Shown here one piece after another: positions 27,598 through 41,400 of a stretch of 64,000 nt of DNA. The DNA comes from Lama guanicoe (lineage: Eukaryota). The stretch spans positions 3,185,922 to 3,249,921 of the forward strand of contig MU053482.1 of the NCBI GenBank assembly GCA_013239625.1, written 5' to 3'. The number at the start of each line of letters is the position of its first letter. Positions within the stretch are counted from its first letter, which is position 1. Both the position numbers and the translations under genes were made by a program. The notes below the pieces were generated by a model. It did not search any database, was not told where the DNA came from, and saw only the letters and a program-made list of their open reading frames with translations.

Positions 27598-30191
27598 GTC
27601 CCTCTATCTTTGAGAATCCCTTTATTAGTCTGCCTTCAAGAATTTTCTTATTTAAAAAAAAATAAAGGATATCCAGGGACTTTAGCTGTAGTTAATGAGG
27701 GGAATGAGGAAAAGTACTTCTATTCCACTCTTCTGGAAGCGTAAGTGAAAATGATATTTGTAATTATATATATTTTTAAAATTCTCTCAGCCTTTCAATA
27801 TATTTTAATCAAAATCTTCAAGCTACTAGTTCAATTTATGAAAAATGGTGCCGTATAATTTCATTTGATAACACTAACACTTGTCAAATAAGTTAAATTG
27901 GATTTACTTTCTATCAGAAAAGCCCTGAATTTATTTTTTAATTTAAATAAAGGTGTCAATATTTGTCTCGGTGACAATCAACTGTTTAATAAATTTTGAG
28001 GTAAGGCTGTGAGAAGAGAGAGGGGGAGGAAAAGAGGGGAAAGAGAGGATGGAATGCTGAGGAAGTGTGTTGCCTTGACATAATTTCATGTGACATTTAA
28101 ATGCCATACAATTCCTAAGACAAAAGGTGCTCAAATCTGACTTCTTGTAGCATCTGATGTAACTTTCAGGTTAGTAAAAACAGAAGTAAAAGTTATCCAT
28201 CCTCTTTAAGCTCTTAAGCCTGTTAACTCTGCACCATAAGCAACACCATTCCTCCAAGATTTCAACCTAGACTTCTCTCATTGCTAATACTGAAATTCTG
28301 AGAAAGAAGCACATACTGAAGTAATCGTCATTAGCAGAGAAATAATCTGTGTCACAGGCTTGAACTGCACCATTTCTGAACACTTGAACATTTCTCTTAG
28401 CAAAAAAGTTGGCGATAAGGATATCCTACAACTTGAAATATTGCACGAAGACTTCTAATTTCTTACAATGCATCTATCATTTAGATGTAAATTAATATCC
28501 TCATCTGCTAGACTTGGGAATATAGTTTAGCTTTATATTTTTCAATATTTAAGGGGACTATGTTATCAAGCCCTCCTGCAATGTGAAAGTAATACAAGGT
28601 GTGACTCTCACCCACACCTATTTTAAAAATTAGGATTATTGTACAAAACTTCTCACATCAAACAAAGCCATAATTTCTAAGAATAACAACACTGCTTTTC
28701 AAGACTAGTTTATACTGAATCAAAACATTTTTCTACCTACCCAAATTCTAAAGGTCATATTATGCTATTTCTCAAAAAAAAAAGTTTCTGGTATAATAGG
28801 CATGAAGTCACCATTCAATGCAAAAGTGACTCCTGATATGTGAATGTCATAAATGAAAGATCATATGCCATAAAGCAATTGTCTACTGAGAGCTTCCACT
28901 ACCAACCACATTAAACTTGTAGACTGATTTTAAGCAACCAACAAAACTATTCCACTAGTCAGAAGTCTGAAGAAGTATTTGTATTCAGAATTTATATTAA
29001 CTGTTTAAAACTATTTACAGGTTGAGATATCCCCAAAGAGAATAATGGCCTAAAGAAAGGTACCATTTGGCAATGCAATGACAGGATATATAATTAACAA
29101 ATACTTGTAGGGAATTATTGTGCAAAACTCAGGTTGAACTCATAAGGGTAAGTACTATTAAGTAGGCATCAAATATGTATCCAGATATGAAATACTCAGT
29201 CTGCTACAAAGCCTATAGTCTTGTGAATATGAGTATTCCTCTTCTTAAATTGTTACTAATTCCACTCAATCCTTGGTTACTCTATAAAATATTGATATAT
29301 TGGGCTCCCATTCTTATCCCTCCCATTAATTAGGTACTGCAGCCTTTAGTCAATTACATGAGTGTTTGCCTATAAAGAGAGATCAAAGAAAGGTACGGCA
29401 GCCAGAAATATACTAGCCCCCCTGTAACAGAATCCCATGTGAAACAATATGCAATAAAAGCAAATAACACTAGTTACTACTCCTGTTCTGAACGGCTCTA
29501 CAAAAGCACTATCACAATCAACAAAGTCATACTTGTATAATTCTACAAACAGGTTATGTTTTAAATTACATTTTTTCTGCATTAATATATACCTTTATTG
29601 CTTTCTTAAAAAAATACTTTCAGATAGCAAGTATTTTAGATATCAAAACAGCACTGCTTTTTATGGGAAAACTGACAAATGCTTTTGGAACCCAATTCTG
29701 GTAGAAAAATGGTAAGTAATAAATATAAGGAAAAACAAAGACTTAGAAACAAAATACATTTTCATAGTTCTGTACAAAACAGTATTTTGATGAAAAATGT
29801 TTTAAAAGGTAATACTGACTAAGATAGCAGTCACAAGTGTACTATCATGATGTGAAAGTCCAAGAATATATATTTTTTAATCTTTAGGGTTAATTCTTTT
29901 ACTCAACAAAATTTGTTCTTATTGTCTGTCTCCTATATTTATTTTTTTAATTGAAGTATAGCTGATTTACAATGTTGTGTTAGTTTCAGATGCAGAGCAA
30001 AGTGATTCAGTCACACGTGATATATATAAATACATATGTGAACATTTAAAAAATATGACTAATCAAAAATAAAAGCACTCAAATAAATGAACATAAACTC
30101 ATAGAACTAATAAGTGATTTTAGTAAGGTTGCAGGAGAACTACAAATCCAGAAGACCTAAATAAATGGAGAGAAATCTAGGTTCATAATTT

Positions 30192-30457
30192 TTTTTCACA
30201 TTATTTTTTACTGAAGTCTAGTCAGTTTACAACATTGTGTCAATTTCTGGTGTACAGCACAATATTTCGGTCATACATATATATACATATATTTATTTTG
30301 ATGTTCTTTTTCATTGTAGGTTACTACAGGATATTGAAAATAGCTCCCTGTGCTATACAGTATAAACTTGTTGTTTATCTATTTTACATATAGTAGCTAG
30401 CATATAACTTTCAAACTTTCAGTTTATCCCTTCCCATTCCCTTCACCCCCCGGTAAG
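30192..30457 (-). mobile_element. Short L1 3' end with perfect 12-bp TSD, nested in an older + strand L1 ORF2 fragment (30060-30590)
   Basis: TSD ggttcataattt at 30180-30191 and 30458-30469, with poly(T) at the left end. Confidence 0.9.
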
Positions 30458-31219
30458 GGTTCATAATTTGGCAGCTCAGTATTGCTATCAACCCTCCCTA
30501 AATTGATCTACAGATTCAAAGTAATCTCCATCAAATTCCCATCAAGCTTTTTCATAGATAACAATAAACGAGTTTTCACAAATCCACAGAAATGTGTATT
30601 CCCACCAAGTAACATTTTCTGATCTTGATTTAACCTTCACGTCTTTTCTACCATATTTATGCTCTGCATGTTCAATATGATTACTTAATGTATGTGCAAA
30701 GCCATGGTAATTTTTAGTGCCCTATTTAGAAATATAAATACAACATTTTGGGTAGCTTTCTCATTAGACCCTTGTTTTGATTGTGTACAATTTCATGGAA
30801 ACAAAAAGAGAACAAATCAAAAACATAAGCTTTCATATTTTACTAGAACTATGCTACTGGTAGAAAATACATGTATGACAAATGTTTGCTGAGTAAACAC
30901 ATATAACCATAAATGAACTTGAGACACATTCCAGGAAGTTGGGATGATGTAAGAGGAAGAAAAATTTCCATAGTCATTTTCTACATAAACTTCTATACTC
31001 AAAAAATCTTTATGGTCCCACTGCACACAGAAAAAAGTTTAAACCTATTAATGAAGTGTTAAGAGCCATAAACAATTGGCCCCAACTACCTGTGCCTTCT
31101 CTTCTAGTATGACCTAACATCCCTCCGAATCCAAAATAAATACTAAGCTTCAAAGAACTTAACATCTTATCTCAGGACTTTGCTAAAGCAGTACAAATGC
31201 CTTTTCTCTTTAGCACTTA

Positions 31220-31335
31220 TCTTCCAGTTACTCTTGCTGTATAATAAACCAACCCAAAATGTAGTAGCTTAAATTAAGCACCATTTTATTTTGCTCATGG
31301 AGTCTGTGGATCAGGAATTTGGCAGTGCAGGGGCA
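31220..31335. mobile_element. MLT1 (MaLR) LTR fragment
   Basis: cagttactcttgctgtataataaaccaacccaaaatgtagtagcttaaa..ttgctcatggagtctgtggatcaggaatttgg. Confidence 0.7.
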
Positions 31336-33799
31336 GAACACTGTTCTCATTCACTGAACAAATATTAACAGAGAAGATTATCTAAGATAAACAGATTAAG
31401 ATTAGCTATTTCTGGAGAGAGGTGTTACTGATGGAAGAGGGGGTATTTAAATGGAAATTTAACAATTTAACATTTAAATTTATTTTAAGTTGACTGGCAT
31501 GATTTAAAATCTGGTTTTAAAATGTGTTTTAACTACATTAATCTGTTTTGTTTAAATAATTAAATGTTTTATTGAATAAAACTATCCTGACAACAAAAGC
31601 TATTTTTTAACCAGCTAGGCTAGAAATGCTTCATTTTGAAAATAACTAATTGTTTCTTTTAATTCTGCTTTAAAACAAATGTCCCACATTTTGCACCTGG
31701 ATAAAATAGCTCAGATTTAACAAACACTTCAAAGAAAAACATTCAGAAAATGGCAGGTATGAGATGAAGACATTTAGTTGTTGGTGTGGTGGGTTTTCCA
31801 CCCCACTCACTCATCTATATGTAAAGGTCATGCTAAATAAAAACAAGAACAGACATGAAATGGGAGGATAAATAACCAAATAAGGATAAAGGCAGAACTG
31901 GAGCAATTACCTAATGTATTAAATTCACAATCACACATGACTAAAACCTTCTGGAATTGGGGTGAAATCATTAAAGAAACACTAGTCAGCACTCCTAGAC
32001 AACTAAAAGGTTCCTCCCAACTTTCTATGCTAAAGGTTGACATGCATCTTCCTTACAGGAGAACACATTTATGTGTTATCATCAAATCTAATGTTCTGAT
32101 ACACATGATCTCTAACTTCCAAGGATTCAATATTTGAAAACATCTTTTTCAGCTATGTATACACACACAATACTTAACATCTCTGAATACGTCCATAATA
32201 TAGCCAAATAATCCACTTCTAAAGCGCTTCTGTAATGCTAGCCAGAAAATCCCTTAGCATTTCTTTGCATCTTTCTTCCACTGATTAGGCAGAAGGACCA
32301 TGAGATTCTATACATCCACTGACACCTTTCACTGATATACCTTTCCTTCCAAGAAACAGCACACCTAACAGAGCTTTGAAAACAGTAAAGTGCTATCCAA
32401 ACATTGTATTGCACAGAGCTTACTTTCTTGGCTATAAGAACAATTCCCATTCAAACAATTCTTTATAGATCACAAAGTATACAATAGGTAATTAGTTAAT
32501 CAAACAAGTGAGTTAAAGTAAAGAATTATTAAAAAATGATAAATTTCTCTGACATTTTTAACTTAAAAAATAAATGTACATCATTTTATTACATAAAAGA
32601 AATATTATTTGCAAGATGTTCTTTCTGTAGTCTTATCATAATATAAACTGAATTTTGAATATAATATAAAATAAGGATTGGACAGCTCTGGCTATCACAG
32701 AAGTAAATGCTAGTTCTGGAGGTAATTTCAATTCCTCCTCTTCTTCATACTTAGATCCTCTATTTCTGTCACTATATGTAAGATATTTATATCATCCACA
32801 ATTTCATTTTCCAACTAATCACCAACATCAATTATTACATATCACCTTCACTAAAATATGAGGACATACAATTTTATAGACATCAGCTGATAAACTATTT
32901 TCAGTTTCTTCTTGCAGTTTATTATTTCTTGTAGCACTATCAAACTCACTCCTTGATTTTGTTTAAGAATTAGTAAAAACTGGCTGGGAACTTTGTTTCA
33001 TTTGTAAACACTATCTTTAATGCTGATGACTTATAAAAGGTGCAGAAAACCTAGAATCTAGGGTTCAATTTACTCCAAAACAACTTAAAATTTTTCACCG
33101 TTCTTGAATCCTTTGATCCATGTGCTGAATTAAGGATATTATATTAAATGTATTAATTTTTTAAAACCCCTAAGTATTGTCTTAATTTCCTCACTATTGA
33201 GATCTGAAGTAACACTGAGTAATACACAAATATGGCCTCAAAGTCAAAGTATACCATAAGACAGATAATAAGTATGAACCAAGAACATGGTAGATACTAG
33301 CAGAGGAAAGCAAAGAAAGTTCCACAGGTACAGCAGGATTAGCCTAAGTGCTAAATGAAAAACAAGAAGGAAGAGAAAAGAATAGTCTGATCAAAGGTAT
33401 ATAGAAAATTCATGCTATAATGCATTTTTGGAAAAGAAAACCAGCTTAACATGGTTGGAATACAAAATATGTGGAAAGAGACAGAAGAGGATGATAGTAC
33501 CAGATGAGGCTTTCTTAGAAAGATAACTCGTAGCCAAATAAAAAAAGACTGTCTCCCATGATAAAGAGAATGAATTTCATTCTGCAAATAGTGGGATATC
33601 ACCAGAGCTTTCGGGAAAAGGCAAGAGTGACCAAATCAGGTGGGTATTCAGGAAGAATAACTCAGGCAATACTGAAATGTAAGCAGTGGTAAAGTAACAA
33701 AGACTGGATGGGAAATTGTTATAATTACCAAGAAGAAATACGATAACAGCATTAAACATAAGTAGTAGAGGCCAAGACAGACCATATTCTGGGCCATGC

Positions 33800-34303
33800 A
33801 AAAGGCATTTGATAAATTAAAAATGATTAAGTCACACAAAACTGTGTTCTCTGACTATACTGAAATTAAACTCAAAACCTTTAAATAAAAGAAATACTGT
33901 CTACAAAATCCCAAAATATTAAGAAGCACAATTCTAAATAACCCATGCATCAAATAAAAATTTAAAAGTAAATTTGAAGGTAGTTTGAACTAGATTCAAA
34001 TGAAAACAAAATTTATTAAAGTCTGTGAAATGCAGTTAAAGCAATACTTGGGGATTAATTTATAGCACTAAATGCCTTTTATTAGAAAAGAATAAAGATC
34101 TCAAATCAATGACTTCAACTTCCACCATAAGAAATCAAAATAGAAGAGCAAATTAAACCAAAGTAAGCAGAAGAAGAAAAACAATAAAGATGAGAATGGA
34201 AATTAATGAAACTGGTAACAGAAAAGCAGTGGAGAAAATCAATGAAACCAAAAGCTGGTTCACTGAAAGAATCAATAAAATTGACAGACTGATCAGAAAA
34301 AAA
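33800..34303 (+). mobile_element. Old L1 ORF2 fragment (post-EN region)
   Basis: tgttctctgactatactgaaattaaact..aatcaatgaaaccaaaagctggttcactgaaagaatcaataaaattgac. Confidence 0.8.
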
Positions 34304-34840
34304 GTTTTATAGATTTAGATTTTAAATTTAGACCCATGATCTATTTGGAGTTCTTGAGATATGAATCTTCATCTGTTAATATGACTATCTAATGTGTTGG
34401 CATCATTTGTTGAAAAAGCTATCTTTTTTCCAGAACTATCTTTGTTCCTTTGTCAAAAAATCAGTTTTACACACACTCACACACACATACAGCACACACA
34501 CAGGGTGGGGTCTATATTTGAATTATTTCTTCTGTTCTATTGGAGAATTAGTATTGTTTCATTATCTATCTTGACTCCAATATTAAACTATTTTGAACAC
34601 TGTAGCTTAACAATATGCCTTCAGGTCAATGAGTTTAAGTCTCCAACTTTGTTCTTACTTGTCAAAGTTGTCTTCCCGTTCTAGGTCTTTCACATTTCCA
34701 CAAGAATTTGAATTCCAGTAGTTTACTGCTAGTATTCAAAACCAATTAAATTCTAGATACTGATCTTATATTCTGCAACTTCCCTGAACTCATTTACATT
34801 AGTTCTAATAGTGTTTGGAGACTCCTTAGGATATTTACAT
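34304..34840 (-). mobile_element. Ancient L1 ORF2 fragment
   Basis: catcatttgttgaaaaagctatc..tctgttctattgg..gtctccaactttgttctt. Confidence 0.7.
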
Positions 34841-37514
34841 ACTGTTCTTTTTAATCTACTCATTTCTGTATTTTTCATCTTTTTCCCCCCTTACCATGAA
34901 ATAGTTTATTTTCTTGTCATCTTCCAGTTTACTGATTAATTCTCTCTTCAGCAATGCCTAAAATGTTGTTACGTCAATCTTCTGAGTTACTTAGTTATTG
35001 TATTTTTTCAGTTCTTGAATTTCATTTGGTTCTTTTATTAGTTTCCAATACTGTGCCAAAATATTAAATTTTTTATTTTCCCTAAATATATTAAAGCACA
35101 GTCTTGTCTGATAGTGCCATTATCTGAATCCCTTGTGAGTCTGTTTCTACTACTATTTCTCTTAGTTTTTTGTCACATTGTCCTTGAATTGATTACTTTT
35201 GATTGAATGCTGAACACTATTTTTCTTTAAGGTGTAAATAATTTGAGACTGTGAATGATGATAACTTCCTCCAAAGTGAATTTATGTGTTCTTTTAGCTG
35301 GCAGCTAGCCTAAAGACTCTATGAATAGTAGATAACCTTAATTTAATCAGGAGTTAAAATAATTTAAGGGTTGGGTTCAGTCCCTGTGACGGCTGATCTA
35401 TTTCTAATTTACCCATGTATATACAACGTAGCCTATTATAACACTTAGAAATAAATCCAGAAACTGATTTAAGTTAAAAGAATGGATGTTACCCAGCTTC
35501 TGACTTAATCAAAATTACAAAATTCTGACTATTTTATTTTTTAAAGCTTTCCCAAGAATTGAATGTTCTTTATATAGTCAGCTTTAATACAAAACTCTAA
35601 ATAACCAGACTTACTTTTTAATTGTAATGAACAGATAAATAATTTGCAGTGAGCTACAATGTTGATTACATGAAAAACAAGTGCTAGGCATCTATACTTT
35701 CACTAACTGTTGTAACTCAGTAATTGTTTCACTATCACTCAGAAGAGAATTGTTTCATACACAGGTCACACTTAATCTACAATTTATTTTCCCTCACAAT
35801 GGAATATTCAAATGTTAGAAAATGTAAAAGTCATGTCTAGAGACATTAAATTTTGTAACACCAATGGTTTACAGTGTTCTGCTGACAGATAACATTAAAA
35901 GAAGGTGAAATAAACAAACTTAGAGAATTTGAAACTGTTTATAAAGTATTGAGACAATCATACTAAAAGATAAGTTGTCTCCATATATTTGAATTTTTTA
36001 AAAGGAGATATAAAATGAGGCTTTGGGGTAATGTCCCTCTCCAAATTTCTGTATATCCTGATAGTCTAGAAACTCTTTATATTCTTTGGTTAAAATTTCA
36101 TTTTATTTCCATTTCAGAGGGGCTGGTCATATATATTTTAAAGGTCATATATATACAGGGTTAAATAGCTAAATAACTCTTGTATTTCTGACAATTTTCA
36201 ACTCCATCTTATCCTAAATGTCTTCACAATTTTATTTTTCTACACCTCCCAGTGTTTTCATATTACAGGAACAGCTACAAATGAGAAAAACTGCCACATA
36301 CTTTAAATTGTTTATATCATTAAGATTTAACTTGTCATCCTATCAGATCATCTGCTTTACTGTAAATAACTGAGTATCAGAGTTGGCTAAATAAAACCCA
36401 TTTCTATATAGATTTCATCCTTCTAATCAAAGCTAAACTAAAATGATTGGAAAGTAGGCTTTTCGAATGTTAGAAAATTTCTTCTCATCAAAAAAATAAC
36501 ATTTCCTCATATTCATCTAAGTATTTTTAGATATAACATGTCTAAATTTTATCACATATAAATGCAGGTTCTTGAGGTGTAACCACAAGCCACCAACTAT
36601 CCACAATCACACCTCTATACTCCTTTTCTAAAGATAAACAATAATTTTTTTTAAAAAGCAAAAAAATTTCTTTGATTTGATCTGATCAGAGGCTACTGAC
36701 ATAAGCAAAACTGATTTAAATGACCTCACATCCTGTTTTGACTTCCCCTTTTTCATACAAGACACTTTCAAAAGTGTATAAATCAATTCTGGGACACAAA
36801 TCTGATGTCTAAGAGCATTCAAAAAGCAGGAACATTGGGGAAAGTTTGTGTATATTTTGAGCTCCTTCCAGAAATTTCCTTTGCTCTTTGACTGCTTCCC
36901 AAATGACAAGGAAAAGTAAAATAGCTAGGTAGAATACAATTACAAACTTCAAATAAATTATAGATACTATATAAAGTTCTCATTTTAGCTCTTAAAAAAT
37001 CGTAAGTACCTCACGGGGCAGATATATCATTGTACACTTTCATGTAAACAAAACCCAAAGAAGAGAAAGTGCGGGATGGTGACCCCAAGGTCAGTTACGT
37101 CTGTTGAGGCAATACAGTATAGTTACTTTAAGGAAAGAAAAAAAAAGCAATAATGCAGTTTTGGTTGCATTAATATAAGTAACATCTGTCTCAAAGGGGG
37201 AAAATATAGTCATTTTATCTGCATTACAACTTTACATCTAGTTATGTAAGGCATAGCCTAAAAAAGAATAGTGCCAAAGAGAAGTTTCCAGAGAAAAGTA
37301 ACCAGGAAACAAGGCATACTCAGTATTATCACAGAATATGAATGAAGATACTGGAAATGTTAACTCTCATGACATGACTTTAATATCCTCCTGTGTGATG
37401 ACTTCCAAATCTATATCTCCAAGGCTAACCTGTCCCCTGGGTTTCAAATGCATACCAACATGCCTGTTAGATATATTTATTGGACCATTTTACATACATT
37501 TTGGCCTCAACCTG

Positions 37515-37775
37515 AGAGATAGTATAGCATAAAAAGCATGAATGCTAGAGCCAGAATGCCATGATATAAATCTGGAGCCTGGTTCCCAGGCTCTACTACT
37601 TACAGCTACGTAAACCTTAAACAAATTACTTGACCTCTTTGTATCTCAACTTCCTCATCGATAAAATGAAAATAGTAATACTTACTTTGTAAGTTTATCT
37701 TGAGATTTAAATATGTAATTTTTGAAAGTTCTTAAAATAGAAATGGACACATACTCAGTGCTAAATGTGTTTGTG
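37515..37775 (+). mobile_element. MIR SINE
   Basis: ctagagccaga..ggctctactacttacagct..aaccttaaacaaattacttgacctctttgtatctcaacttcctcatcgataaaatg. Confidence 0.78.
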
Positions 37776-39340
37776 GAAAAGAAAAAACATACCTATTACC
37801 CAAATTCAAACTCTCCACGCCCAAAACTATGCCTCGTTCTACAACATTTATATCAGAAAATGAGTCCCAAGACAAAAAATTTTGCCTTTCCATACCTTAA
37901 TCTCTTTTTTCAATGAATCTTTCAAGTCCTTGCCTTAAGAGCCAACAAAATCTGGCCAGAGAAGGGGGTAGGAGAGAAAGAGGAGAGAGAGAAGAAAAAG
38001 GGGAAAAGAGGGAAGAAAGAGAGAAGAGAGAGAAACTACGGAATTATGACAGTATATACACCAAAATGTTAACAGTGGTTACCCCTGGTTGAAGGGATTA
38101 CAAGTGACCACACTCCTCTTCATATACCTTTCTGTATTTCTGAGATCTTCTAAAAGATAAAAATGTGCTTCCCTTATCATCAGAGAGAAAAACTGTTCTG
38201 AAAATGTCTTTAATGGTATTCTGGATGAAGTCTAAATCCTTCAATAGTCGGTTCCTATGCCTTCTTTCACTCCCCATATCCTTTGCATCCTCATCATATT
38301 TGTATCTCTGCACAAGCAGTATTCTCTACCTAGAACATAATCCCCATTCACCTTCACCTGACTAATTCTTACCCACATGGGTAGCCTCTCCTATGGAAAG
38401 TGTTCCTGGACCACAACCTTGCTCACTCCAAACCCACTGTTCCAACCTAGGTAAAATACTCCTATATGCACCTTTAGAACCTAGTGCACACATACAGCAC
38501 TTAGCATAGTAAGTTCAATAATTAAAGTGTTCATAAGTTTGTCTACCTCTTTCCTTGAGATAAGGAACACACTTATTTGTTTTCCTATTCCAGCATCTGA
38601 CACACAACAGGGGATCAAAAAAAGTTTGTTGTGCAAATGACTCCAAAGTCATATCATTTCTATTCTATTATGTTGCCTCTCTAGAGCTGTATAAAAGTCA
38701 AAAAGGTGAACTCCTAAAATAGCAGATTCCCAATCTAGGAGTACTCAAAGTAAAACAGAATGCTACCATTCTGTTCGTTCAGTCAATCATTTATTTACCA
38801 AATATTTATTTAGTACCTCATATATGCCTGGCATTGGGAATGTAAGAATGAGCAAAAACAAAGGGTTTCTTCTCTCATGATAGTTGAAGAGAGGAGAGGG
38901 TAAATACGGCTAAATACTCAAAGCTCCTAAATAACCACTAATGAACTGGTCTTGAAGTTAAAAAATGTAATTTTAATATAATACATAAGGAGAGATATCA
39001 CCATGTTTGGAAAGATCAAAGATTCTGAGTTAGGAATAAGATTAGGTTACCTGGAGAGAGCAACTGTCAATCGATTTTTCTGGCTGCCAATTATACACAT
39101 ACCCACAGTTACGCATTCTTTCCACAAGCTGAACAACTCTACTTCTGTTCAGAGCATAAAGCCTCATAGCGCTTGCCAATTACACTACCCTACCCCTTCA
39201 AAAACCAAGCCAAAGTAGTTCTTCATGACTTGCAAAGCCAAAAACTTCAAGAGAAACCAATCTTAATCTTCTGGCCACAAATTATTAGTCCAGGGATGAC
39301 CAGCTGAAGGATGCTCTATAAGGACTCCTATTTTGAAGGA

Positions 39341-39842
39341 TGTGGCAGACTGTTAGCTGCCCACCTACTATCTATTTTCCCCCCTTTTTCCACTACTAGG
39401 AGACTTTATTGAGGATAGCAATATATCCAGCTCAAAATACACACACACACACACACAGAACAAACACTACATTTCTCTGCCTCTCTTGTAGTCCAGTACG
39501 GTTACATATTAGTTCTGGCCAAAGACATATAAGTACAAGTCACTAGGTACACTTACAGGAAAGCTCTTTTGGAGCTTTGAAGACTCAGCCACATTTTTAA
39601 TCCTCTCACCCTTTCCCCTTATTTCTGTCTGGAATGACAACATGAAGAAAAGGGTCATACCCCGTAAAGGGAGAAGTAGAAAGTTAGGGTCTGAGTCTTT
39701 AATGAAATCACAAAAGTGCAATACCAGCACCAAATCACCTAGCTCCAGACTTGTTTATGTTACAAGGAAGAAAAATACTTCATTAAAGCCACTATTGCCT
39801 GGGGTTTCTGTTGTATGCAGTTGAACCACAGCCTAATGAATG
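39341..39842. mobile_element. MLT1 (J/K-like) solo LTR
   Basis: tgtggcagactgttagctgcccacc..ctacatttctctgcctctcttgtag..ggtttctgttgtatgcagttgaacc. Confidence 0.7.
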
Positions 39843-40840
39843 CTCATGACGAATAATGAAACTAAAAAAAACTTCTGTCTTTTGTGGTGATGGAAGAATA
39901 TAATTTACAATGACATGCATAGCCAAATGAGACACCCAAAGTGGAGCTGCTTGAAATAGAACTTGAGAATTGAAATAGAGTTGAGAACTCAGTTTAAAGC
40001 TATCTGAGCAAGTCTCTTCCTTACAACTGGACAGAACATTAATTGAAATGGCATAGCATTCTCTTCCAGTCAAGAAAGGATATTAGAATTCACTTGAGAA
40101 CAGTATTATTTTAAGGCTAACGTTAAATACACTCATAAATATAAAAATAAAATAAATAAAAGTCACAAGTTTTGGTAGTCATTAGTACCAAACTGCTAGG
40201 CCCCCTCTAAATTCTAACTGGCATGCAGTTAAACAGACAGGCTCACTAAACATTTACAAGGGCTGGACAGAAACAGGTATGCATAGCTTATTTAAATACT
40301 ACTCAGTAAAGGGAAATAAGAGAGAAGGAAATCCAAGACTATATGATTTCCACAGATCCAACAATAATTAGGGACAATTCTGTTTATGTTTCCTCCAAGT
40401 CTGACAGTTTTCCTCAGACCACCCCTTTCATCTGCAATTTCTGAAAAAGTTTTTCCAGATGAGTCTTTAGGCTTAAAGTTTTAGTTTTTCTGAGAAAGCA
40501 AACTGCTTCCCATAGGTTCCATGGGAACACTCAGTAGTGTATGAGGGTCGAGGTGAGCAAAATCTGACCTGGGTAGGACAGTACAAAGGACCAGATAAGC
40601 CCAATGAAGAACAAAGCTTAAGGTCCTGGAGTGAAGTGGAACAGAAAAATGAAATGTGACATCAGAGCTTCAAATTTAACTGAGCTGAGAAACACTGTCC
40701 AGATGAGGATGACAAAAGTAAGAAATAAACATTTTCAATAGAGCATTTCAAGATAATCAAAAAGAATTATAATAAAACACTTTCAAAGACTGTTTCCTTC
40801 TCCCACTTTCCTAAAATACACAGTAAGATTAACATGATTT

Positions 40841-40992
40841 AATATATTCAAGATCATGTACTAGCTCATGGTGAAAAAGAATATGAAAATGAATATATGT
40901 ATATTCATGTATGACTGAAAATTGTGCTGTACACCAGAAATTGACACAACATTGTAAACTGACCATAACTCAATTAAAATAATAATAATTAA
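40841..40992 (+). mobile_element. Short young L1 3' end
   Basis: Alignable to 480-625 (gactgaaaattgtgctgtacaccagaaattgacacaacattgtaaa), with an A-rich tail. No clear TSD. Confidence 0.85.
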
Positions 40993-41149
40993 AACTGTAC
41001 AACTAATTTTCCACACCTTGGTTCTACAAATTTGAGAAGGTACTAGGAGCAGGAAAGGACTGCTCCAAATGAAAGAAATGCTTTTTATATCAATAAGCTT
41101 TATATCAAATCACAGAATTATTTTGGAAAACATACCCTAATAATGGCAA

Positions 41150-41400
41150 TAATAACAAGAGCTAACACATAGTGATTACTATGTACTAGGCACTATTCTG
41201 AGTACTTTTATGTGTATTAATTCATTTGATCTTCATAATAACCCTGTAAATTAAATATTATTTTTATTCTTATTAGACTGATGAGAAGAGGCACAGAGGT
41301 CTTTAAGTAAAATAAGATCACAGAGTTACTAAGTGGAGCAACCAGAATTGAAACTCAAGCAAGTCAGACTCTAGAGTCCATGTTCTTAATTACTTTACCA
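41150..41400 (-). mobile_element. MIR SINE
   Basis: tactatgtactaggcactattctgag..tcatttgatcttcataataaccctgt..gactctagagtccatgttcttaat. Confidence 0.8.

Larger units (their letters stand above)
22690..27750 (-). mobile_element. Ancient L1 (L1MC/L1M4-like) keeping 3' UTR, EN, ORF1 and 5' UTR, with most of ORF2 missing; interrupted by an LTR and a younger L1
   Basis: 3' UTR at 22690-23205 abuts EN-domain sequence (ORF 23493-23717 YHANINQNKVGMSILMSDKVDF). ORF1-like sequence at 25150-25900. Subrepeat-rich 5' UTR at 26050-26820 resumes at 27612-27750. Confidence 0.7.

Noticed and set aside
33800..34840. Twin-priming inversion of opposed L1 fragments
   Set aside because: The pieces meet tail-to-tail, which is the wrong geometry, with no poly(A) or TSD. 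Independent old fragments are more likely.
36125..36154. Short tandem duplication of ggtcatatatat (similar case near 41079-41108)
   Set aside because: Low-complexity slippage with no further structure.
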